From the human T2T-CHM13v2.0 reference genome, Homo sapiens: a stretch of DNA of 64,000 bases. The stretch lies in assembly GCF_009914755.1 (NCBI RefSeq), contig NC_060925.1; one strand, written 5' to 3'. How positions within the stretch are numbered: position 1 is the stretch's first letter; each line of letters starts with the position of its first letter. The notes below the pieces were generated by a model. It saw only the letters and a list, made by a program, of their open reading frames with translations, searched no databases and had not been told where the DNA came from. A program made the translations under genes and the position numbers. Positions 47,333 to 60,129 of this stretch are shown one piece after another.

Positions 47333-47871
47333 GAGAAAGTATTTAATTACTATATGTACATCATTTTCTTACACATAATTCTACTGTTCAGTTAGTAGAC
47401 TACAGCACAGTGGAAACATAACATATATACACTGGGAAACCAAAAAATTCACGACTTGCTTTATTGCAGTTATTTGCTTGATTGTCGTGGTCTGAAACCA
47501 AGTCTGCAATATCTCCGAGGCATGCCTATATTTATTAACTTGCAAAGCAATACAAAATATGCTTCAGTATATAGGTCAGCCTACTAGAAGATGAAAAACT
47601 AACATCTGCAATTAGAAATTTCCTTGGTGAATATCTTTTAAAAGTCTGAAGTACTCTTGAAGAACAGTGCTATGATTTGCTGGCAAGTTAGAAAGGGACA
47701 AGCTTTAAAGAGTCCACATAATGGGACATCACTCAGGTGTCAATTTGATAATCTGTTAATCCATGGTAATTTATAATGGAGATTATTCCATTCTAAATTT
47801 TTTCTATATTTCCCGGCATGTGGTCAATATTATATAATTTAGGTTTCACTAAGAATCGGGATATGGAAGCC

Positions 47872-48380
<509 letters not shown>

Positions 48381-51281
48381 AGAGGTTTATGTCAGGAACA
48401 GGAGGTGTTCTGTCAGATCATAAGGGAGAGTCTTGGAAATGAGCATCCTTATAAAATACTTCACTCATGCTAAAAAATAGCTTGGGAAAAGGGGAAAGGC
48501 AGGTAGTCTCACTGCTAAAGGAAACTGACACCTACCAAGGACTTATTTCATTTCAGACACTGTGATAGGCAGGTACTTTATCCTCACCACACCCATAGGA
48601 AATATATGCAGTTATTAAAACATCTCAGTATTATATCATTTATTAGCATATTTTACCCATTTTGAAGATCAGAAACTTGAGGCCCAAAGATAATTTGTAG
48701 TGAAGCTGAAATTGAATCCCAGTTTTACTGACTCCCAACATATATTTTCTTCATTATTTATGCTGCTACTATACAACTCCTTGTGAATGAGATACCAGAT
48801 AAAACCACCCATCACTCACTTGTACCAAGCTCCAAAAAACAAAAAGTTCATAAGATCATAATTTAAGATGTCATAAGGTCGTATAGATGCTTGAGATGGC
48901 TTGCTATTCATATCCATTTAACTCTGTTGTGCCAGGTCTGGCCCATTTATTTTACTTTCCAAATCTAATAAATTGCCTATAGTAACACAAATATATCTCA
49001 ACTAGGAATATAACATCACAAACTTTCAGTAAAGAAACCTTTAGGGATCATAATGAAAAAGAAATCTACATAAATCAGCAGTTCTTTTCAAAAGTTTCTT
49101 TTTCACAAAAAGAACCAAACCACAAGAGGAAAACATGCACAATTTCAACGCTTGCCACCAAGTAAGACATTTCTTTATGGCACATACTCCTCCTCCTCCT
49201 CCTCCTGCTGATAGTGTACGCTGGTTTTATGAAGCTCATTATTTGTTTACACTAAATCCCACTGCTTTGAATACAGCATATTTTTCAGCATTTGTGAAAA
49301 GTATGTGAACCAAAATCATATATCAAAAAACTGCACAGTGTTTTGTCCTATGAACACTTTAAAATACTATTTCCCTGGTCTTTCTCATAATGAAAAGACT
49401 ACTTAGTCATAGTATATAACCAACACTTGATCTCTATTGTGAAACCCCAAAGTAAAATAAGGACAGGAACATAAGTAACTTTAAACCAGAACTACACAGA
49501 TTTTAATGACCAAATACACAAAATAAACAACACAGGCCAGAATCCAAATTATACCAAGTGGCTTGCTATAATTCTGAGTGTACTTTCTGTTCTTTCAGTT
49601 TCTAATTACCTTGGGATTTTCAAGCATCAGTGCAAAAATAGTTGACATATTTCTAAAGCCAAGAGTGTTTTGCATATAAAATGACTTAGTATTTCTTGTT
49701 TTATCTTTGAAGAAAACTGTAATTCTAAAAGCTCTTCAGGTTATAAAATGCCAAAAGAATAGCACATCCTTATTAATCTGAAGAATCTCCACAAAAGACA
49801 AAAACTAATAGTAATATCAGGAAGAAGATGTGGCTGAAATAATCCTAACTGGAGCATGGCGCACTTGATTTGTGGGGACTCAAAAAGAGCTCTAGCCCTC
49901 CAAACAGAGTTAAAAGACCTTTTAAATAAAAGAAGTTCCAAGGAATACACTCAAAGCAGTTTCTTGATTCCATTAAGAACAAAGAAAATGTTTACCATTT
50001 AAAATCTTGTTATTTTTTGTTTACTTGAATTCAAGTAACTCCATCTTACACAGAAAAAATATTTAAGTTCTAAGATTACTAAACTGGATGATGTTTTCTT
50101 TTCACAAGCAATTAATTCCAAAAAGCCTACCTAAATAATTGTATTTTTTCTTTGCAACAGCTATAGAACATACTTTGCAATTTTTACTAAGCATCAACAA
50201 AAAGTTACTATATTTGCTATTGGACTTTAGAAACAACAATCATTAAAAACATCATCCAACAACAAATTCCTTCAAAAAATAAATTGAGATCAAAGCATGA
50301 AAGGACGTAAAGTGATCAGAAAGGCAGCCACTGATGAATAATGCAATAAAGGACAAAAAAGAAATCTATTCACTGGCCAAAGCAAACTACCACCGATGAA
50401 AAAACCATTTCTGCCTTCAATTCCACTTTAAGTCTTAAGTATGTAAAACCCAAAATATCCCAGGACATGAGTGTCTTCCCTTTAAAAGTATATTCTCTGT
50501 ATACCACTCAATGTTTGTTTCCTCCAACAGCTTTCATTTCATTATGCAAGTCTCTATGTCTTGTTCTGTATTATGAGCAACTCCTCTGTAAATCTTTCAG
50601 GGTTTAGGTGCTACCTGACTTTAGATCTGAAGAGAAGATACTGTGAAATACAGATTCAGTAAGCGATTCTCAAATGGGAAATGCTGTCATTTCCATGGAG
50701 GGTATTTGGAAATGTACAGTGGTGGTTTTCTTTTGTTTTGCTTTGTTTTCTAATTGTCACTAGGGAAATTCTACTGGCATTTAAAGCCCAAACGATGCTA
50801 AATTAATTGTATTATATACGGCAGCTTTGATAACTGGTTATCCCACCCAAATGCCAATACCTATCCCATAGTGAAACAAACCAAATTGACCCCACATCTC
50901 CTGTGGATGCAAAATAGCAAACTCTTTCTAACAATTTATCCTATACCACACATAATGCCGGTTCAGTTAGCCCTGCTCAGCTATGCCACTCCAACCCCAT
51001 GTCTTTCTTCTCCTCTATTCAAGGTAATTACTGTTGCTGCCTGAGGCAAGGGTACAGACATCCTTATTCAATTCTCTGTGATATGATGAAAAGAATTTAA
51101 CTGGTGTTCAGGAAAAAAAGGATAACAAAGAAAAAAGTGCCAGCTACCTGAATTTTCTGAATTAAAAATCATTGCTCTGAATTTATACTGTATCTTAGGA
51201 ACTTACCTCCAAGAACTATTGTTAGATGATAATTATGTTTCTTGGTAAGAAATAAATAATAAATATAATAAACATATATAC

Positions 51282-52324
51282 TTTTTTTTTTTTTTTTTTG
51301 AGATAAAGTCTCACTCTTTCACCCAGGCTGAGTACAGTGGCACAATCACACCTCACTGCAACTTTGACCACCTGGGCTCAGGTGATTCTCCTACCTCAGC
51401 CTCCCAGAGTAGCTGGGACTACAGGCATGCACAACCACACCCAACTAATTTTTGTATTTTTATTTTTATTTTGCAGAGATGAGGTTTCGCCATGTTGCTC
51501 AGGCTGATCTCTAACTCTGGGGCTCAAGCGATCCACCTGCCTCAGCCTCCCAAATTGCTGGGATTGCAGGCATCAAACACCGCATCCAGCTTATACTTCT
51601 ATTTTTAAAATAATCAAAACTAGCCATAAATTCATGAGCAGTATCATACAGTTAAACGACTAATCTGCTAACACTTTACTGAGTCCTACTGCACATGAAA
51701 ATGTGGGCTGAAATCAACCTTTTCTCACAGAGATTTCTGAACATTTTCCCCGATTGTTGGAATTAAAGAAAGACAAAATGTACCACATAACTTTAAAGCT
51801 CATAAAAGTTTTCTTAGAGAACAGAATTTCCCAAAGCTCACTACAAATGCTTAAATACAATATCCTAATTTTAGAACCACTATTATCGAACCCAAGTAGC
51901 AGAAACATAACCTTAAAGTTTCTTCTATTTTCATTAAGAACTTAAATTTTTTGATCAACAGTCTTTAAAAGAGTTACTAGTCTTAATAAGAAAGGCCCAG
52001 GCTATTTAGTAACATGGTTCTTTTTGTTTGTTTTTGTGTTTTGAGATGGGAGTCTTGCTCTGTCGCCCAGGCTGGAGTGCAGTGGTGTGATCTTGGCTCA
52101 CTGCAAACTCTGCCTCCAGGGTTCAAGTGATCGCTTGCCTCAGCCTCCCAAGTAACTGGGATTACAGGTGCCCACCACCACGCCCGGCTACTTTTTGCAT
52201 TTTTAGTAGAGACGGAATTTCACCATGTTGGCCAGGCTGGTCTTGAACTCGTGACCTCAAGTGATCCACCCACCTCAGCCTCCCAAAGTGTTGGGATTAC
52301 AGGTTTGAGCAACCGTACCTGGCC
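51282..52324 (-). mobile_element. Reverse AluJ (51282-51591) and reverse AluS (52019-52324)
   Basis: Alu consensus. Confidence 0.9.
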
Positions 52325-54253
52325 TATTCAGCAATACTGTTTTTGTTTCAAAATTCACTCATCATTCCATCAATCTACAGTGTATAAAATCCACCAAAAT
52401 AATTGTGGTCAATGGTAACGTTAATTCCTTCTACTAACAGTTTACCTTAGGCTAGCTTATCTGAAATGACTTATGAAAATAAACCAAGGTTTGAAAAACA
52501 CAAGCATGTGAACAAAGAAATTAACAGGTGCCTTACATAAAGGAGATCAGAAAACGTTTTTGCCCTAATTCCTTTGCAGTTATTTCTCAAATAAATAGTT
52601 TCTTTTCACTCTGCTTCTTGAGTAAAGATCCCCAACGTCTCTCTCTTTTAGGAGTATTTGCCTTGTCCCTGGATTAAAATTTAAGCCATGCTTCTATGGC
52701 ACTGGACTAAATTTTCAATTATAAACACTCTTTTACATAAGAAACTAATATTTTTATTATTAGTAGTAGTAATACTAATTCTATGTCCTAGTTACTATGT
52801 GCCAAACACCCCGCTAATCATTTTATTTTCATTATCTAATTTACTTTTCATAATAGTTTCAACATGGTATTACTGTCTCCGTTTTACAGGTGAGAAAACT
52901 AAGGTGGAGAGCAGTAAATGATTTATCCAAGAACACTTGGTTAACATGGAAGAATCAAACCTAGATCTAGCTGATGGCGAAGTCCAAGCTCTTAAAGTAT
53001 TAATACTTTACAATATTATCTCTGAATTAAAAAAAATACCCTGAGGTTTTATTTCACTATGAAACCCAAACAATAGCCATCCACCCCATATAGCCATCCT
53101 CCTGCAAAGTACCTTTAATAACTCAGATTTGCTTTGCCTTTACATCCTCCAGATTGGAAGGAATACATTTTGAAAAACAGAGTCAGGTATTAAATCACTG
53201 GAAGCCTTCAACTAAACAATATCCATTTACTCAGTAATAAGAATTGTAAATATGATAACACAGGCAAATACTGGTAACATTTACTTTATCCAACCAGACT
53301 TTGTTCCATAACAATCATATTAAAGACAGTTACCACTTACTGACTGCTTGTTTTGTGTCAGATGCTTACACTATTTCTAAGGCAGAGGTTATTTATCTCC
53401 ATTTTACATATGAGGAAACAAAGATGCAGAAAAAGACTTGCCTAACCAGCTGGTTACATAGTAAAGCTTGTAATATGAACAGACTAAACCAAAGCTCTTT
53501 CAGCAGAAGAAAATGTTTCAGAATACCCCATAAAAAGCTACTGGGGGGTTGGAGGGAGAACCCTGCAAGTCCTTCTGTCTTGCCACCTCTAAATAGATTC
53601 CAATAGGATAGAAGTATGAAACCAATAGGATAGAATTAATATTATTTCATTTAAAAAATTAAAATTATTTCATTTAAAAAACCAATAGGATAAAGTTATT
53701 TAAATTAATTAAGATATCTATTTTCTATGTGTTCTAATAATAAAAATAATTCTATCCAGCAAATGGATGTACATGATTTTTAATCAATTTATTACTAGAT
53801 CTAAGTTAGTAACTGAGTTTAAGTGGTTTTAGAAATACTAATGCTATTTTATACACATCAATACAGGTTATATCGGAATGTTAACAGAAAACCCATAGAA
53901 TGCTGCCTGCTTCATTCAGTTAAATTTAACTTACTACAAATATCCACAAAATCTATAAACACTTAGTATCTAAATTTTTCAAAATTGTAAAATTTAAAAA
54001 CAATGCTTGGCAAGAAAAAAAAAACTGTAGCATTTTTTAAATGTGCCATAAACAGAGGCAAATGGATTTGTTAATAACAAAATGCAGTGAGATTAATGAA
54101 GGACAAAGAAAGCTGAATTATATCAGATAAAAGCTACTCTTGAAATGAGTAATTTGAGTAGTTCTATGGGATGGCAGCATTCTAAGAGTCAGCAGCTACT
54201 AAAGCCCCCATCTATTAGTTAAGGGTGATAGTGAAGGGGCAAGGGTACAGTAC

Positions 54254-54286
54254 CTGATGATGGGGAGGTCGAGGCCCCGCTGCAAA
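54254..54286 (-). CDS. EIF4G3: EIF4G3 alternative 33-nt exon, FAAGPRPPHHQ
   Basis: Long pyrimidine tract ending TTCTCAG|, donor CAG|GTACTG, phase 0-0; a GC/CpG-rich island in an AT-rich intron. Confidence 0.92.
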
Positions 54287-55306
54287 CTGAGAAAAGGAGG
54301 GAAAACAAACACAAAAGGAAAGGCACAAAGAGTCAGAAACACCACAACAAAAACCAAAATTTCACACAATATGCCAAAAGAAAAAAAACCCACAGTGGGG
54401 AAATAAAAAACAACACACAAAACAGTCAAAGCTTTGCTGCAGGACAGTGACAGACAGGTACTAAGATTCAACAGGTTAACAGCACTATCAGAATAGTTTG
54501 TCATTTATCAACTGGGAGAGAAACAGGCTATGCTGTTAGGCATGTAAGGTACTCTCTGATAGGATTATTTAAAAAAAAAAAAAAACCCTAAAATAAGGCA
54601 AAAGCAAGTTTGAAAAATTAAGTGGTTATATTAAGACAAACATGAAAATCCAGTATGCTGTATGTAACTGATACAGCTGGAGGAAATGAGAAAGCTTTTA
54701 CATTACAAGACCTAGCCAGGAGATAATTATAAAGTCCAGCAGGAAGTAAAAAACGTAACACAATTAACTGCAAATTTTCTTAAGTTAAATGGGATATCTT
54801 ATCCATGAAATGGAAGTTTCAGTATCTTAATTTCTTGGAGTTAAAGAAAAATCTTTTATGACTTTACACACACACACACACACACACAAGTTTAAGTTTA
54901 AATGCGGTTAACTAATATAATTTAATACAAGGCATGTCAAGGCAAACAGCTAGTAAAGAACATCAGTCTCTAACATGATTAATCCAAGTGGTATTCTTAT
55001 AGGCTTGATAAGAAAAAAGAGTAAATAAGTCAAATCTCTTAATTACTATAGACAACAGCAAAGCACTGTGTATATGTATCTATTGTTACCTAAGAATAAA
55101 GCACAAAGAAATGTAATTCCTCAGCTAAATCATAGAGTACTTGAAAGTGGCTAATATATATTCCAACTCTTCTACTAACTCAGAAGAAAATAAAAAGTTT
55201 TTTCACCTATGCAAATTTTAACTGCTAAACCTCTAGGATCAAACAATTCACCAGGCCAAATTTGGGTTTGAATACATTTTAACTGAAAGGAACAGACAAA
55301 AATATT

Positions 55307-55418
55307 GGGGTATGTAGAGCCATATTCTGGATACTAATACATTAACTATTGTAATATTAACCGGGGTATGTAGAGCCATATTGTGGATACTAATACGTTA
55401 GCTATTGTAATGTTAACC
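55307..55418. repeat. 56-bp tandem duplication (2 copies, 4 mismatches)
   Basis: GGGGTATGTAGAGCCATATT...TTAACC at 55307-55362 and 55363-55418. Confidence 0.93.
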
Positions 55419-57837
55419 ACTCCCTTTAATAGTAAAAGAAAATATTTAGAAAGCAGTGTTTAATGTAAACCATATACAGGGTTTTTATCTAATATATTTA
55501 AGGAGCAAAAATATATGTCTTTGGCTCTCTTATTTCCTCTATAGAGACTTCCTTCTGTCAGCTTAACACTACAGATGAATTAGATTGAAGATTAAGAAAC
55601 AATCTCTCATGCTCAGCATTTAAGTTATGTGCAATAGTGATTTGCAAAACATTTGGAATTACTTCCCCAACTACCATTAGTTCACATTTTAAAATTTCAA
55701 CAAATTACAGTAGAACACATGGCCACAATGTAGGAGACAGCTGAAAACAGCTCTGTCAAGAATTCACCTCAGAAGCTAAAATGTCACCTTTTGTTCAAGT
55801 AATGAAAAGTGCATTAATGACCTACAAGCTTGGGTTATGTTAGGTCAGCCATCATACTTGGCTAATCAATATAATATAGTTTTTCAGAATGATGATAACT
55901 GGCAGTTACAGTTCTTGCAGAAAATTTTCTCTTCAAAGAAATTGAGGTCTTGTATTTTCAGTTTTCCAATTAGGAGAAGAAAACATCATACTTCTACTAT
56001 GGACAAGAACAGGCAATACCACCCATGTGGTATGAAAGTAGGGAGTGGAGTGAAATGTTTCTTTATGACACTTTTGAAGAAAATGGAAGAGAGGGGCCAT
56101 GTTACAAAATTAACCTGAGTATGGCAGTACCTGTCTTATCACTGTTCCACAGAAAATGTCCCATTTTCAAGGCTCTAAAATAAAAGCTAAAACTTTGTAC
56201 ATTTTGAATGTTCCAGTCAAAAGAGAATTTTCTATGAACAAGAAGAGTATCTTATAAAATTACATATATATAAAAACAAAAGCGAAAAAGAAAACCCCAA
56301 CTTAAGTTAGTAGGAAAGTGCCCTAGGAAAGTACCCTAGTCTATTTTGCACTAGTCACCATTGGCTATTGAGTTTTTCATTTGAAATGACAATAGTCTTA
56401 ATCCTATGGGTAGCTGTAAGCAACAGAACAAACTGTAGTCGCTGCTGGCTCATATTAAAACTAGAAATTTTTCTTTCTTTTTTCTTTTCTTTTTGTTAAA
56501 GAAGGGTCTTTAAGATGGTGAGGACTGTTGATATAAAGGAAAGCAGCCTTCTGTGAACTTGGATCCAGTGTTAATGCCACCCACCCACTTACTCACCCCT
56601 TCTGGGCACAGTTGGTAACTGAGCATGGCCAACATAACATTGATGTAATTTTGAAACTTAACACCACAAAATATAAAAATAATCAATGGTTACGTTACTA
56701 CAAAAGCCAAACTGTCTCCCTCTCCAAATTAAGTATTTAATAGCTTCACTACTTTAGACAGGCTATTAAAAAAAAAAAACAACTACTGCTGTTTAAAAGT
56801 TCCAGTAAAACGAGAAAATGGAACAGATAGCTTATCAGTGTTGTTATTATTTTTAAAAAAGATTTTCTTTCCACAGTATGAATTTAACTAAGATTCTAAG
56901 CATCAAGTAGAAAGACAGGCACAAAGATAACCTGAAGGAAGGACAGAGGCCACTTGAAGCCAGTTGGATTGCAAAGGCAGCTGTCCAGGGAAGAACAGAA
57001 AAGCCTAAAACTGCGCAATTGCCAATGGCCTATTAATGCAGAAATAGAATGGAGTAAGCTTTAGCTGCTCTACAAAGCCACAGGAAGAGGCCCTGCCTCA
57101 ATGTAACAGCTTACCTCTCCTCACCAGATGGGACAGCTGTGAGATGGATGAGACTAGACTATGACAACTTGGGACGTAAACAGAAAATGCAATCCTGCCA
57201 AATTTCAGACCCCAACTTCACCCTCCCAGCACAAAAAAAAAACAAAAAACAAAAACAAAAAAAAACCCCATAACAAAATAAAGAAAATCAAACCTAAAAC
57301 AAGAAGCAAGAGTAGTCTGGGGTCTGCTAGTCTTGCACTTGTTTTAGGGTATGTAATGGAATGTTATGTGTGTGATTTTTAGTAATGGGGTGGGTAATGG
57401 TCACTAGCAGAGCAGATGGCAAAAATTGTATAGAGGATAGTATCTGAAGAGTTTATGACCACAGAAAAATGGCTGACAACTACAGACAATTTCCTCCTTA
57501 ATATTCAATTATAAAATTGAAAGGGAGTAAAAAGAAGCCTCGAAATTTATCTTTTAAATTCAAATTTATCTGAAAGGGATATCTCACTTCAAGTTTAAAA
57601 TAAAGAAAAATCTAAACCCCCAAATTCTTCCTGACTAATTCCCAATAGAGAACACCCACCCAATTTGTTATTCTTTTCCCCACTATGCCTGGCAGAAACT
57701 GCCATGCTAGGTTAGACTTTCAGAGAGGAAGCAATCAATGCATTTCTGTTCATCAGCCAATAAATGGATGTGGTCAAAAATATTAAGTGCCAGAGGCACC
57801 ACTGCCTGCAAGAAGTACAGTTTGTTATATTGCTTAC

Positions 57838-57951
57838 AATGCAGTATTTTATCCAGCCTCTTCCAGCCAAGGACCTGTAAACGGGAGTCTGTTCCAAAAC
57901 CTTCCTCCTCTTCCAGTTGTCTGTGCAATGTATTGGCACTGTTCTGCTGGG
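57838..57951 (-). CDS. EIF4G3: EIF4G3 alternative cassette exon, 114 nt, PSRTVPIHCTDNWKRRKVLEQTPVYRSLAGRGWIKYCI
   Basis: TTTTTTTGACAG| acceptor, ATT|GTAAGC donor, phase 0-0, no stop; peptide matches recalled long eIF4G3 isoforms. Confidence 0.88.
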
Positions 57952-59351
57952 CTGTCAAAAAAACTGGTTTAGAGATGCAGCTCTTCAGTCAGGTTCTGCG
58001 CCAGTTCTAACCATGTAAATTTAATTCATTTTCTTTTTTGATAATCAGAAATTAGGGTTGGGGGTATACAGAAAGAGGGCCAAAGAATTCTTTGCAATAG
58101 GAGCTTACCATAATGTTCCATGTTTAATTATTAGAACCAGGGCCTATCTAAATTGATCTGGTGAGATCTCAGGCCCAAGTAAGTCAAGTGTACACATCCC
58201 CAAACCACTCTCATAACAAAACTTGTATCAGACATCTTATTGACCATTTCAGCAAAAAAAGAGACAAGCAAACAGGCAACTAGGACCAAAGTCCCACCTC
58301 TTTAGAATGGTTCCTCCACCCACTGGGGAGAACCAGGATCTAAGAACAGGTATTGGAGAACAGGGCAACAGGGAAAAGGAAAATAGAAAAAGGATAAGAA
58401 AGAGATTACATTTTGGTGCAGTCTATGCTCTCCTAGTTCTTTAAGTAAGTCTTTGGTATATTTAAACAATTGTAAGTTCATGCATAAAATGAAATGAATA
58501 GGAGCTAATGCAATGAGGTATTCCTGCACTCCAGGCAAAAAGGCAGGGGCAGGGAACAAAAAGATATCCCTGAATTCTGAAGAATACACAGAGCTGAGGT
58601 ACAAAGAGGGATGTGAGATACACAATGTGAGATGTTACAGAAGCACCTTCTAGCCAAAGCTAATCATGCAGGGCAGGAAACGATGTTCTAAGGAATGGAG
58701 AGCTGAAGCCACTGTATACTTTTGTGAAACAAAGGATGAACCTTGTGTAAATTCTCAGTCTTGGCAGTACTTATTGCAATTCATGTAAAGGATGAACAAA
58801 GAGGATGATAGCATTTACATTTGTATCACAATTTATTTCTCATTTGAATAAATGAATACACTCACTGGTATATGTCATGCATATACCCACACTGTTAAAT
58901 GGTTAGAACAGATCTAATAACACTGATTCAAAAGTCCTGCTTCCCAAAACCACTGGAATTTGAGAATTTAATTAGTGAAATTCAATTTACTCCTAAAATC
59001 ATTGTATTTTACTCTTACCTGAATTTTGAACAGTACAACTAACAAAAATTATAAGCTGAAATAAAGTAAACTTGAATGCAACCAGACTTAAAAATCATGC
59101 TATAGAAAAGTATTAAAAGGGAGTGGAGGGTTAAAAGCTCCACCTCTTCTTTTTCTCAATAAATTTAATTATTGCTATAGGTAAGGTCTGAAAATACAAA
59201 GCTAACAAATAATAGTAGGAGTCATAATAATAAATCATCTTTGGAACAAACTTCCAAAATCCAGTAAAAATATTTGCCAAAGAAACCCAAGCCACTACAC
59301 ACACAAACACAGGTAGAGAATGTAATTTGGTTCAAGCTTCTGCTTACTTAC

Positions 59352-59381
59352 CGGAGAACGGGTTTGAGGTTGTGAATTCAT
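59352..59381 (-). CDS. EIF4G3: EIF4G3 first AUG-coding segment MNSQPQTRSP (whole exon 59352-59447, 96 nt)
   Basis: ATG at 59381-59379 in context ACAATGA; donor CCG|GTAAGT; acceptor TTTTTTGACAG| at 59447. Confidence 0.96.
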
Positions 59382-59619
59382 TGTCTGAGGGGTTTGAGGG
59401 TATACCAGCGTGGTTGGACCTGCATTCTGTCCAGAGGGATAAGGGGTCTGTCAAAAAATGGCAAGAACAATATAATATTTTGAAAAAATATGGCATGGCA
59501 ATTCTAGTTCAAGATGTTTTATAAAAGTTTACAGAAGTGGTTATTAATGTGGTTTATATTCTACTTTTTAAAAATTTAACTTTATTACAATATCCAGTAA
59601 CTCAAAATCAGTACAGTTC

Positions 59620-60057
59620 CTTTTCTTTCTTTTTTTTTTTTTTTTAAATTAATGAACTGGGGTCTTGCTCTGTCACCCGGGCTAGAGTGCAGTGGCACAA
59701 TCACGGCTCACTGCAGCCTCAAACTCATGGTTTTAAGTGGATCCTCCCACCTCAGCCTCTGGAGTAGCTGGGACTACCGGCACGCAGCACTGTGCCGGAC
59801 TAATTTTTTTCTTTTTTTTTTTTTTTTTTTCAGAGACAGGGTCTCACTTTGTTGCCCAGGCTGGGCTCAAACTCCAGGCCTCAAGCAATACTCCTGCCTT
59901 GGCTTCCCAAAGCACCTGAACAACTTTTTAATTTTTTTTAAGAGACAGAGTCTTGATATTTGCCCAAGCTGGTCTCAAACTCCTGGGCTCAAAGAGATCC
60001 TCTCGCCTCATCCTCTTGAGTAGCTGGGACTACAGGCAAGAGCTTCTTTACCAGCTA
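59620..60057 (-). mobile_element. Reverse AluJ plus an adjacent Alu monomer
   Basis: Three Alu-monomer-like units separated by T-runs. Confidence 0.85.
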
Positions 60058-60129
60058 ATGCAACACTTTTTAAGTTACCATAAATCTCCTGATAAAAGGA
60101 CATTAGCAATCCAAAATCTAGGTGTAACC

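Noticed and set aside
49188-49239. ATG-initiated MSFIKPAYTISRRRRRR followed by GTATGT, a possible alternative first coding exon
   Set aside because: Ends in phase 1 and cannot join the phase-0 downstream exons; the Arg run is an (AGG)n repeat; no promoter evidence.
56588-56600. Strong donor-like GGG|GTGAGTAAGT (and GAG|GTAAGT near 51207)
   Set aside because: No convincing upstream acceptor or pyrimidine tract; isolated donor motifs are common in introns.
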